Below, piece after piece: positions 38,340 through 46,120 of a stretch of DNA of 64,000 bases. The notes below the pieces were generated by a model. That model was not told the DNA's origin, did not search any database, and worked only from the letters and a program-made list of their open reading frames with translations. The translations under genes were made by a program, and so were the position numbers. Location of the stretch: the NCBI GenBank assembly GCA_026395555.1, contig JAPLYO010000013.1:6822-70821 (forward strand). Reading direction: 5' to 3'. Numbering within the stretch: position 1 is the stretch's first letter; each line of letters starts with the position of its first letter. The DNA comes from Candidatus Peregrinibacteria bacterium (GTDB taxonomy: Bacteria > Patescibacteriota > Gracilibacteria > UBA1369 > UBA12463).

Positions 38340-38490
38340 AGGTGTTGGGGTAAGGTGGAGTAGGGTAGTTGAGAAAATTGATCAAACGTAAGTCACTCTA
38401 TGGTAGCACAAGCCAAAGCCGATTTCACTTAGTTGAGCTTTACAGTTCCCAAATGGATTGTTTGACTTATAGTACAAAAATAAGAACAAT

Positions 38491-38517
38491 CTAGCACTCA
38501 TCATTATAGAGTGCCAA
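38491..38517. promoter_or_regulatory. CIRCE-like inverted repeat (HrcA operator) on the clpC promoter
   Basis: cTAGCACTC-ATCATTATA-GAGTGCcAA versus consensus TTAGCACTC-N9-GAGTGCTAA. One mismatch per arm and an exact 9-nt spacer. Confidence 0.75.
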
Positions 38518-38531
38518 ATTGAGGGAGTCAA
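38503..38531 (-). promoter_or_regulatory. consensus sigma-70-type promoter for clpC
   Basis: Minus strand: TTGACT (38531-38526), 17-nt spacer, TATAAT (38508-38503). The -10 lies in the CIRCE spacer. Leader of about 155 nt. Confidence 0.7.
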
Positions 38532-38567
38532 CGGAATTATTCACTTACGTGTTGAGAGACGTGGGGG

Positions 38568-38614
38568 TATACGCGGTGTATACAAAGTATATACAAAACA
38601 TATACAAAATATAC
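38568..38614. repeat. five phased TATAC(AAA) repeats
   Basis: TATAC starts at 38568, 38579, 38590, 38601 and 38610 (spacing 11, 11, 11, 9 nt). Lies between the stop of the 38653 gene and the clpC -35. Confidence 0.8.
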
Positions 38615-38652
38615 ACTCTCAAAATAGAAAATAACCCTTCTCTCGCCAAAAT

Positions 38653-39474
38653 TTATTTCACAAAAGGAATGAACTCAAAAGAGTTCAGAAGTGAGTGGAA
38701 GTCGTTGGCCGAGGCGTCAGCTGATTTGACGGAGCCTGGAGTGTATACGAATCGATAGACAGACTTTTCTCTGGCGATAACAGCAGTAATCTTGCCATCG
38801 GGGCTTGTGAACTCGTATCCGTTAAGAGACTTAGGGCCGATCAGATTGTGGCTGGTTAGTTTTTCATCTCCAGCGAAAGATACGAGCGTGGCGCCCTTAG
38901 CATTATCCACTCGGTCCATCGTGATCATGTCATCCTTTATGAGATCACAAGCAGTTCCGCATGCAGATAGATCCGCAGGAATAGTAAGCGTGATGGTATC
39001 TTTTCCCGATAAAAGCTTCCAGAAATCTCTCTTGGAGAATTTTACACCTAGTCCGCTATCCTCGAAGGGGATCCATGCTTTCGAAACAACGGTTTCGGCA
39101 GCAGCTACCTCCTCGGCAGTTAGCTCTCTCAGACGTAAAACTTGAATGAGATCTTTGCCGCTTGCGGTCTTCGTCGGTCGTCCCTCGATCTCAACCTGTT
39201 TCCCGACGTATACATCGAGATTTACACCAAGTCCACTGAGGAGAATGGTAGTTTTATCTTTCTGTACGAGAATATGTGTTCCGGATCCAGGAATAGCAAC
39301 CGTTCCAAGTGACTGTAGTTTGCCGGCAGCGGCCGTCTCGCGAACATGATCATCATCTTCTGCCGCCTGCCCCGGAGCATTATTGAAACGAATTGTAATC
39401 TTACTTCCATACAAAACATATGTCGCAACAACAACGACGAGAAAAAAGAGAAGAAAAGGAAAAGTACGCTTCAT
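38653..39474 (-). CDS. hypothetical secreted/membrane-anchored protein
   Basis: 273 aa. N-terminal hydrophobic segment FPFLLFFLVVVVATYVLY. No family recognised. Confidence 0.6.
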   Translation of the reverse strand: MKRTFPFLLFFLVVVVATYVLYGSKITIRFNNAPGQAAEDDDHVRETAAAGKLQSLGTVAIPGSGTHILVQKDKTTILLSGLGVNLDVYVGKQVEIEGRPTKTASGKDLIQVLRLRELTAEEVAAAETVVSKAWIPFEDSGLGVKFSKRDFWKLLSGKDTITLTIPADLSACGTACDLIKDDMITMDRVDNAKGATLVSFAGDEKLTSHNLIGPKSLNGYEFTSPDGKITAVIAREKSVYRFVYTPGSVKSADASANDFHSLLNSFEFIPFVK

Positions 39475-39483
39475 GGGAGGATA

Positions 39484-40557
39484 TTAAAGAAGTGAAGAAT
39501 TGTGAGGAAGTCCGAGGTGATGATAGGCATGTTTTGTAACGATGCGGCCGCGAGCTGTACGCTCGAGGAATCCCAGCTGCAATAAATAGGGTTCATAAAT
39601 ATCCTCTATGGTCTCCTGCTCCTCACAGAGCGCGGCCGCCATAGTGCTTAACCCCACCGGTCCGCCCTGGAATTTTTCGATGATAACTTTTAAGAGATCG
39701 ATATCAGTTCGGTCGAGCCCGATAGGGTCGACCCCGAGCGAAGCGAGGGTCTCCATGGCAATTTGTTCGGTGATGATCGTGACGCCCTTGTGCGCGGCAT
39801 AGTCCCTTACGCGTCTCAATAATCTATTCGCTACGCGTGGAGTTTGTCTGGATGATTGTGCTAAAATTCTTGCCGCACCCACAGTGATCTCGCACTCCAA
39901 TATTTTCGCCGATCGATGCAGAATAGATTCGATATCTTCAATCGTATAGAGCTCAAACTTGAAGACATGTCCGAATCGCGCCCGAAGAGGTGAGGAGAGC
40001 ATATTTAACTTCGTCGTCGCGCCTATCAAGGTGAACTTCGGAAGATTCAATCGCATAGAGCGAGCCGAAGGGCCTTTTCCAATCATTAAATCTAAACAGT
40101 AATCCTCCATGGCGGTATAAAGAACCTCCTCAATGACGGGACGCAATCGATGAATCTCATCGATAAATAGCACCTCATAGTCCTTCATGTTTGTAAGGAT
40201 GGAGGCGAGGTCACCCTGTTTCTCCAGCGCAGGACCGGAGGTAACCTTCAAAGAAGTTCCCATCTCTTGCGCCAAGATGCTCGCCAAAGTCGTCTTCCCC
40301 AGGCCCGGTGGACCGTGGAGCAGGACATGCTCGAGCGGCTCGTCTCTCGACTTCGCCGCATCAATACTAATTCCCAAATTTTTCTTGATCAAATCCTGAC
40401 CAACATACTCGGACAACATTCGAGGTCGTAAGGTATTCTCAAACTGCACCGCCATCGGTGCATCTTCAAGTGCAGGCTTCAGCAAAGCTTCAATCTCCGC
40501 ACTACTCTGATCGGCAAACTGTTTATCTCTCTGAATCATACCCGAAGTATAGCACAA
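39484..40557 (-). CDS. ruvB: Holliday junction branch migration helicase RuvB
   Basis: [12 protein letters not shown]..., [19 protein letters not shown]. The start may be the Met at 40539 (MIQRDK). Confidence 0.95.
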   Translation of the reverse strand: MCYTSGMIQRDKQFADQSSAEIEALLKPALEDAPMAVQFENTLRPRMLSEYVGQDLIKKNLGISIDAAKSRDEPLEHVLLHGPPGLGKTTLASILAQEMGTSLKVTSGPALEKQGDLASILTNMKDYEVLFIDEIHRLRPVIEEVLYTAMEDYCLDLMIGKGPSARSMRLNLPKFTLIGATTKLNMLSSPLRARFGHVFKFELYTIEDIESILHRSAKILECEITVGAARILAQSSRQTPRVANRLLRRVRDYAAHKGVTIITEQIAMETLASLGVDPIGLDRTDIDLLKVIIEKFQGGPVGLSTMAAALCEEQETIEDIYEPYLLQLGFLERTARGRIVTKHAYHHLGLPHNSSLL

Positions 40558-40559
40558 CG

Positions 40560-41033
40560 CTATTTTAACGAAAAAATAAAACGCTTAATCTCATCCGGAT
40601 TCGGCGCCTTTTGAAAACACACCGAGACCTCGCTGGCCGCCGTTGCGATCGTCAACGTACCGTAATCCAAAAAAGGAAGAAACGAAAGAATGCCTTTTTC
40701 TACAATATGAATATCTTGAATCGCCTCCAGCTCTGCCTCATTCTCCTCGCTCACATTGGCTAACTTCCAGTTCACGTAAATCACGCGAAAATTTGTCACG
40801 AGGAGTTTGTCCGCCCAGTACACAAACGATACATAGCAAAAGACAAAGACAAAAAGTAAGGTGATCAGCGCAAAAGATGTATAAAAAACATTACGCGGCA
40901 TGCTACCCTCCGCGACAAATAGTAAGAAATAAAATGGAAAACTAGCCGCCAAAATCTTGATGACAGAAAAGACAAAAGGGAAGTAGTGTCGCCTATAAAC
41001 ATGCTGTATAACCTCGTTGCCTCGTAGATGCAT
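40560..41033 (-). CDS. hypothetical membrane protein (two TM helices plus a small soluble domain)
   Basis: 157 aa. [23 protein letters not shown] and [24 protein letters not shown]. No specific family asserted. Confidence 0.55.
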   Translation of the reverse strand: MHLRGNEVIQHVYRRHYFPFVFSVIKILAASFPFYFLLFVAEGSMPRNVFYTSFALITLLFVFVFCYVSFVYWADKLLVTNFRVIYVNWKLANVSEENEAELEAIQDIHIVEKGILSFLPFLDYGTLTIATAASEVSVCFQKAPNPDEIKRFIFSLK

Positions 41034-41089
41034 ACTAAATTAGTAGCATATTCCCAGAAAATTTACTAGAATACCCCGCGAAAGCACAC

Positions 41090-41164
41090 GCTTCCATAGC
41101 TCAATGGATAGAGCAACGCCCTTCTAAGGCGAAGATGAAGGTTCGATTCCTTCTGGGAGCACCA
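41090..41164 (+). tRNA. tRNA-Arg (anticodon UCU), CCA encoded
   Basis: Hand-folded cloverleaf. Acceptor GCTTCCA/TGGGAGC, D stem GCTC/GAGC, anticodon loop CTTCTAA, T arm GAAGG-TTCGATT-CCTTC, 3' ACCA. Confidence 0.85.
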
Positions 41165-41167
41165 CGA

Positions 41168-43171
41168 CTAGCTCGACAATCCCACCGTATACGTACTGGC
41201 TCCCGTCTTCATGACGAGAAGCAGGCGATAGATAATCTCGGCCACCTCGGCACGGGTGATTTCCTCGTTTGGTTTAAACTCGGTTCCGTTGTTTGGGAGA
41301 AGGTTCTTCTGCTTGGCGAACTGCGCAAAGACAGCGTACCAATCGGTAGTCGCAACGTCGCTATAAGGAGCGGAGCTAACAACCGGATCGATAGATACCG
41401 GAGCGGACAAGAGGAGTATCTTCAAAAATTCACTTCGAGTGACGTCTTGGTTTGGCTTGAAGAAGCCGCCAATATAGCCGTTTGCAATACCGTTCTGCTG
41501 CGCAGTAGCAATGTAAGGAATATACCAAGCCTTTGGATCGATATCGGCATAAGAAAGCGTACCGTTCGTATTGAGAAGTTGTCGATTGGCCGTCTTGAGG
41601 GCGACCTTCAGTACCTCTACTCGAGAGATGACCTGCTGAGGCTTAAACGTTCCATCTTCATATCCTCCGAACACGGACTGCTGTTTAACGTACTTAATAG
41701 CGTCATAGTAGGAAGAGCTTCCTCCGACGTCGGCAAAGATTTTTGGTTTATTCGTAGTGACGACAGCGGCTGCTTTTTCTTCAACAACCGGAGCGACAAC
41801 AACAGGTTCCGGAGCCACAATGGTGAACTCCTGAGACTTCGATGCTACGTCATTGTAGAGAATAGTGAGCTGACCCTTGCCAGGTTTTGGCGAGAGGATT
41901 TGAATGACAAACTGCCCACCGGTAAGATCATCTTCTGTGATAGTCGCCTTGGAGAGGATACCAACATCACCCGTCAAAAGAACAAGCGCTGAGCCATTGA
42001 ATTGATTAAGGTTTGAACCTGAAGCATCCTTCGCGGATACGGTGAGTTTCACCTCCTCGGAGATTTGATACGATGTCTTCCCGCTAACAGTGAACACCGG
42101 AGTGACGGTAATAGGTGCTGGAGTTACAACAGGGTCAGATGTTGGCACGGCCGTAGGTACTACGACAGGCGCAACAACCGGAGTAACCGGAGTAACGACA
42201 GGCGTAGGAGGTGGAGTGACTACCTGTGTAGAAGGAATGGATCCTGCAGCAAGAATAGGCGCACTCGTAAGGTTTTGCTGGACGAATGTCATGGGATTGA
42301 TCGTATTGAGGATCGCCTTATCCTTTCCAAGTCCGGCATCAAGAGCGCCGACGAAGTCTAATCCGGCAGCAGTCTGCTCCTGATAAGTGAACGGCCAGTA
42401 TGGGTGCCAAGGAGACTCGGCCTTATCAATCTGGAAGTGAACGTGGGGTGTTGTGGCGAAACCTGTCTCACCGGAAAGAGCGATATTTTGACCACGCAAG
42501 ACGACATCACCCTCGCTCACGAGGATAGAACCAAGATGGCTATAGGATGAGTAGTAGGTTGTGAGTACTGAAGGATTGTCTACGGATGGAACGTTGTTGT
42601 GCTGAATGACGATGTGTTTCCCGAAACCACTCGTGAGCGAAGCGACCTTGATAACAACTCCATTCGCAATGGATCGAACCGGAGTATTCATAGGAACCTT
42701 GATGTCTACTGCAAGGTGACTTCCATCAAACTCCTTTCCATTTAAACGGTAACTTCCCATGTAGGGAACGGAGTAGGTAATCTTCTGATTGCGAATCGCA
42801 TCATCAGCAGGATTGCCCCACTTCAAATTCTCAACCGGCTGCGCAAGATTGGCAGCGTTGTATACAGGCATCGGATTGAGTTTGCTCGAAGGAATCTGTT
42901 CGTAGGAATATTTATACTCGGTGCTCTTGAGGGCAACCCAGTTTGGCGCTTTCTCTACAGGATAAACGGTACCATCAAAAGCAGGATGCTGCTTGACGGG
43001 AAGGATACTAGCGAAAAAGTTTGAACTCTCGCCACCGACCAGCGCGAATGATCCAAGAGTCAAAACGAGAAGTCCGATCCACGCTGTCGCATGTCGGCGT
43101 TTCTTGCTTACCTCGAGTTGATGGATAGGACTATCGATGAACTGATCTTCGTTTCCTGATTCGTAGGACAT
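41168..43171 (-). CDS. M23 family metallopeptidase with three C-terminal SLH domains
   Basis: 667 aa. HLAVDI...HIVIQH...SYSHL...GETGFATTPHVHFQI (LytM/M23), a P/T/V-rich linker, then three SLH-like repeats (FADVGGSSSYYDAIKYV..., YADIDPKAWYIPYI..., YSDVATTDWYAVFAQF...). Confidence 0.85.
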   Translation of the reverse strand: MSYESGNEDQFIDSPIHQLEVSKKRRHATAWIGLLVLTLGSFALVGGESSNFFASILPVKQHPAFDGTVYPVEKAPNWVALKSTEYKYSYEQIPSSKLNPMPVYNAANLAQPVENLKWGNPADDAIRNQKITYSVPYMGSYRLNGKEFDGSHLAVDIKVPMNTPVRSIANGVVIKVASLTSGFGKHIVIQHNNVPSVDNPSVLTTYYSSYSHLGSILVSEGDVVLRGQNIALSGETGFATTPHVHFQIDKAESPWHPYWPFTYQEQTAAGLDFVGALDAGLGKDKAILNTINPMTFVQQNLTSAPILAAGSIPSTQVVTPPPTPVVTPVTPVVAPVVVPTAVPTSDPVVTPAPITVTPVFTVSGKTSYQISEEVKLTVSAKDASGSNLNQFNGSALVLLTGDVGILSKATITEDDLTGGQFVIQILSPKPGKGQLTILYNDVASKSQEFTIVAPEPVVVAPVVEEKAAAVVTTNKPKIFADVGGSSSYYDAIKYVKQQSVFGGYEDGTFKPQQVISRVEVLKVALKTANRQLLNTNGTLSYADIDPKAWYIPYIATAQQNGIANGYIGGFFKPNQDVTRSEFLKILLLSAPVSIDPVVSSAPYSDVATTDWYAVFAQFAKQKNLLPNNGTEFKPNEEITRAEVAEIIYRLLLVMKTGASTYTVGLSS

Positions 43172-43226
43172 TTGTATTTGTTTTTATGTTTCTTTATAGT
43201 ATACCAGCTTTCCCATAAAATATCAA

Positions 43227-43658
43227 ATGAAGACACACACCTCGAAAAGTACCGCCCACACCCACGAAATAGCTTCAAAAGTGCTCAAAGAGCTGCCAAA
43301 AGGTAACGTCCTCTGCCTCTATGGTCAGCTTGGGGCAGGTAAGACGACCTTCACAAAAGGTATAGCTTTAGCGATGGGTATCACAGATCAACTGATAAAA
43401 AGTCCGACGTACACCTATGTACGCGAGATTGAATCTCAGGGAAAAACAGTATTTCACTGCGACCTTTATAGACTGGAGGGAAAAGCGAGCGCGGCAAATG
43501 AAATAGTAACTGAGCTCATGAATCGGCCACATGATCTTATGATTATAGAGTGGGCGGAGTACCTGGAAAAATATATTCCTCAGAATCGAACCGACGTGCA
43601 CCTCAAGGTAAAGAATGAAACCTCTCGTGACATCACGGTACATCATCACAAGAAATAA
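43227..43658 (+). CDS. tsaE: tRNA t6A37 biosynthesis protein TsaE
   Basis: 143 aa. LYGQLGAGKTTFTKG, SPTYTYV, HCDLYRL. Confidence 0.9.
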   Translation: MKTHTSKSTAHTHEIASKVLKELPKGNVLCLYGQLGAGKTTFTKGIALAMGITDQLIKSPTYTYVREIESQGKTVFHCDLYRLEGKASAANEIVTELMNRPHDLMIIEWAEYLEKYIPQNRTDVHLKVKNETSRDITVHHHKK

Positions 43659-43659
43659 T

Positions 43660-44223
43660 ATGACTTCACGACAAATACGACAGCTCTATCGAATATGCGA
43701 AACACCTTTGCACGTACAGGAACATATGCAGCAAGTTGCGAAAGTTGCTACAATAATTGCAAAAAAAATAAAAAGAAACGGTCATAATGTTGACACGAAA
43801 TTTACCGAGCAGCTCGCGCTAGTTCACGATCTTATGAAGGCTATATCCTTCAAGGAGGTAGATCAAAAATCACTTCCGAAAAAATATCAGAATATACATG
43901 ATGTGATGGCGACCTCAAGGATTCTCAAAAAACAGGATGAGAAGAATCTCGCGCGTGCCGTTCTCAGTCAGCAGTTCGATGCGGTAATCTCACCCGATCA
44001 TCCAATAAAAAGTATTGAGGAGACGATTGTGTATTACGCCGACAAGCGTGTCGCCCATACGAAAATAGTCTCACTCGAGGAGAGATTCGAGGAGGGGAGC
44101 AGGCGGTACGGTAAAAGAAATAAAAAGATCGAAAAAGAAATATTCGAACTAGAACGAGAGCTTTCGTGCATGACGGGAGAAGACCTCTCGCGTTATACAG
44201 CTCGTATTTTTGCAAACGCCTGA
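43660..44223 (+). CDS. HD domain protein
   Basis: Met at 43660, directly after the tsaE stop. LALVHDLMK HD dyad. Its 3' end overlaps the convergent 44193-45983 gene by 31 nt. Confidence 0.65.
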   Translation: MTSRQIRQLYRICETPLHVQEHMQQVAKVATIIAKKIKRNGHNVDTKFTEQLALVHDLMKAISFKEVDQKSLPKKYQNIHDVMATSRILKKQDEKNLARAVLSQQFDAVISPDHPIKSIEETIVYYADKRVAHTKIVSLEERFEEGSRRYGKRNKKIEKEIFELERELSCMTGEDLSRYTARIFANA

Positions 44224-45983
44224 ATCAGGGCGAGCGTGCGTGGTCCTACGCGGCCGGCTCCACTGTCCTTATCGGAAACGATAACTCTATGAGATTTTTG
44301 GAAAGTAATGAGCGCCTTTTCAGTCCTGTCGCCAAATGTTCCGGTAATATCGGTCTTCGCGAGATAACCTTCTTTTGCGAGGAAGTTTTGGAGTGCCAAA
44401 ACTTGAGTTCCATTATCTCCTTTTGCAAGTCCCTCCTCGAGAGGAAGTGCAGTCTTCGAGGTAGCCACGGCAGTTACCGTACCAGCGACGGATACATCCT
44501 GAGGTCTTGGATTGCGCGCTGCAATAATCTGTTTCGTATGGAAACGTGCTGCAATAATCTCGTTGAGTCGTGCTCGAGTATCCGGTCCAAAAACCTGTGC
44601 GCCGGTATCATCGATAGAGGCGACAAGTCCCTGAGACTGCTGGAACTTGAATACCGCATGAGCCGTGACCGATCCGTACAATCCCGTTGGTTCAATTTTT
44701 AAAAAGTTTAACTTTCGAAGTTCACTCTGGAGCTGACGAACAGCCTCTCCGCTCTCATTCAGAGAAAGATCCTGAACGAGGTAGCTAGGAACGTCGACAA
44801 CGGTAATAGTCTGATTGTGAACGATAGAGGCGATATACTCCTTCTCAAGAGCGGCAACGGTTTTTGGGCCGAAATATCCGGCTCCGCTGTCCTTCTCGCT
44901 TTTTACGATGTGCTGATCGAGCTGGAACTGGTAGAGAGCGCTCTCGGTCTGGTCGTCAAAGACGCCGGTAATTTTGACATCATAGCCTAAGTTTTTGAGA
45001 ATCTCCTGTAACTTCGTCACGTCATCGCCCTGATTGCCTCGTCCCATCTGTGTGGTAGGAAGCTTAGATCTCTTTCGTTCCGTGAAGGCGTTCTCCAGGT
45101 TGAGTCGTGTCGCCGGTCCAGTATGTCCTGCTCCGAGCTCATTCGCGTCAGAGAAGAGGTTGTGGTCCTTTTGGAAGGCGTACACAGCCGCCTTGGTCTC
45201 TTCACCATAGAATCCATTTACCTCACCGGTAAAGTATCCCAGGCTCTCCAGGGTCTTCTGCAACTTCACAACCTCGGCTCCATGACTCAGGTACCAGACA
45301 TCTTCTGGGAACATTGGTGGTTTGACATTTTTCTTTACCGGAACCTCGGCGGAAACAACTCCAGCGAAGGAGACCTCTTCCTTGATAGATGGGTCAACAC
45401 CATAGATGGTGACCTCAATGACTCGTCGTCCCCAGCCCAGAGCGCGCTGAAGACCGGTATCTCCATATCCCATCCAGATATCTAAACGATCATACTGAAG
45501 TCCGCTTCCGGCTCGTACAATAGCACCTCCACGATCGTGTACGGCTACCGTACCAATTCCCTTAATATACATCTTCGTCCCGAAGGCATAGACACTTGGG
45601 GCGGCAACCATGCCCGGATAGACGGGTGTACCGTCGGCACCGTGGACTCCGGAACCGTTCAGGGCGATATCGCTCGCATAGGATCCCGTGACGTATCGAG
45701 CCTGATCAGGCTGTGGTGAGTAGTAAGCGGTAATGTCAAAATACTGAACACGTGGTCCGTTGGTAGGCTCTACGACAGGAGTGGCTGCTGCTGCAGGCTG
45801 TTCCTGCGCATCAACGACCTGCGCTCCCTGAATGAAAGGCAGATAAGAGTTGAAGGTGATGACGAGCAAGAAGCTTACGCTCACAGCTCGAGCGGAGGGA
45901 ACACGAATGATATTCATGATATGCTGAACGGCACAACGTATGTGTTTTTGCATGGGCGGGTTTTGTGTGAATCTTGATTTCAT
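44193..45983 (-). CDS. secreted 3D-domain protein with five peptidoglycan-binding (PG_binding_1) repeats
   Basis: GMVAAPSVYAFGTKMYIKGIGTVAVHDRGGAIV...RLDIWMG (3D domain). Repeats like VVKLQKTLESLGYFTGEVNGFYGEETKAAVYAFQ. The true start may be the Met at 45917 (MNIIRVPSARAVSVSFLLV). Confidence 0.8.
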   Translation of the reverse strand: MKSRFTQNPPMQKHIRCAVQHIMNIIRVPSARAVSVSFLLVITFNSYLPFIQGAQVVDAQEQPAAAATPVVEPTNGPRVQYFDITAYYSPQPDQARYVTGSYASDIALNGSGVHGADGTPVYPGMVAAPSVYAFGTKMYIKGIGTVAVHDRGGAIVRAGSGLQYDRLDIWMGYGDTGLQRALGWGRRVIEVTIYGVDPSIKEEVSFAGVVSAEVPVKKNVKPPMFPEDVWYLSHGAEVVKLQKTLESLGYFTGEVNGFYGEETKAAVYAFQKDHNLFSDANELGAGHTGPATRLNLENAFTERKRSKLPTTQMGRGNQGDDVTKLQEILKNLGYDVKITGVFDDQTESALYQFQLDQHIVKSEKDSGAGYFGPKTVAALEKEYIASIVHNQTITVVDVPSYLVQDLSLNESGEAVRQLQSELRKLNFLKIEPTGLYGSVTAHAVFKFQQSQGLVASIDDTGAQVFGPDTRARLNEIIAARFHTKQIIAARNPRPQDVSVAGTVTAVATSKTALPLEEGLAKGDNGTQVLALQNFLAKEGYLAKTDITGTFGDRTEKALITFQKSHRVIVSDKDSGAGRVGPRTLALIQAFAKIRAV

Positions 45984-46060
45984 ACTAGTATATCACAAAA
46001 AAGGGGTGGCCACCTTTATATACTATTGCCAAACAAAAGAAAAGTACTTTTGTTATATTA

Positions 46061-46120
46061 CAAAGCTGAGCAAAGCTGAAATGGAAGAGCTAAAGCTAAA
46101 AGCGAGAGTTTAAAGCTAAA
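46061..46120. repeat. phased AAAGCT(G/A)A repeats
   Basis: cAAAGCTGAg 46061, cAAAGCTGAa 46071, tAAAGCTAAa 46091, tAAAGCTAAa 46111 (spacing 10, 20, 20 nt). The last copy overlaps the final codons of the 46116-48662 gene. Confidence 0.7.

Noticed and set aside
38568-38614. CRISPR array
   Set aside because: The only tandem repeats in the window (here and at 46061-46120) have 9-11-nt units without spacers, far too short for CRISPR. No cas genes are present.
41135-41992. 285-aa plus-strand ORF
   Set aside because: It starts inside the T arm of tRNA-Arg. It runs antisense through the well-supported M23-SLH peptidase gene and has an R/L/S-rich shadow-ORF composition.
45996-46017. Intrinsic terminator after the T4CP-like gene (GGTGGCCACC palindrome plus T run on the minus strand)
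   Set aside because: The palindrome leaves almost no loop and the alternative stem is A/T-rich and short. It is too weak to call.
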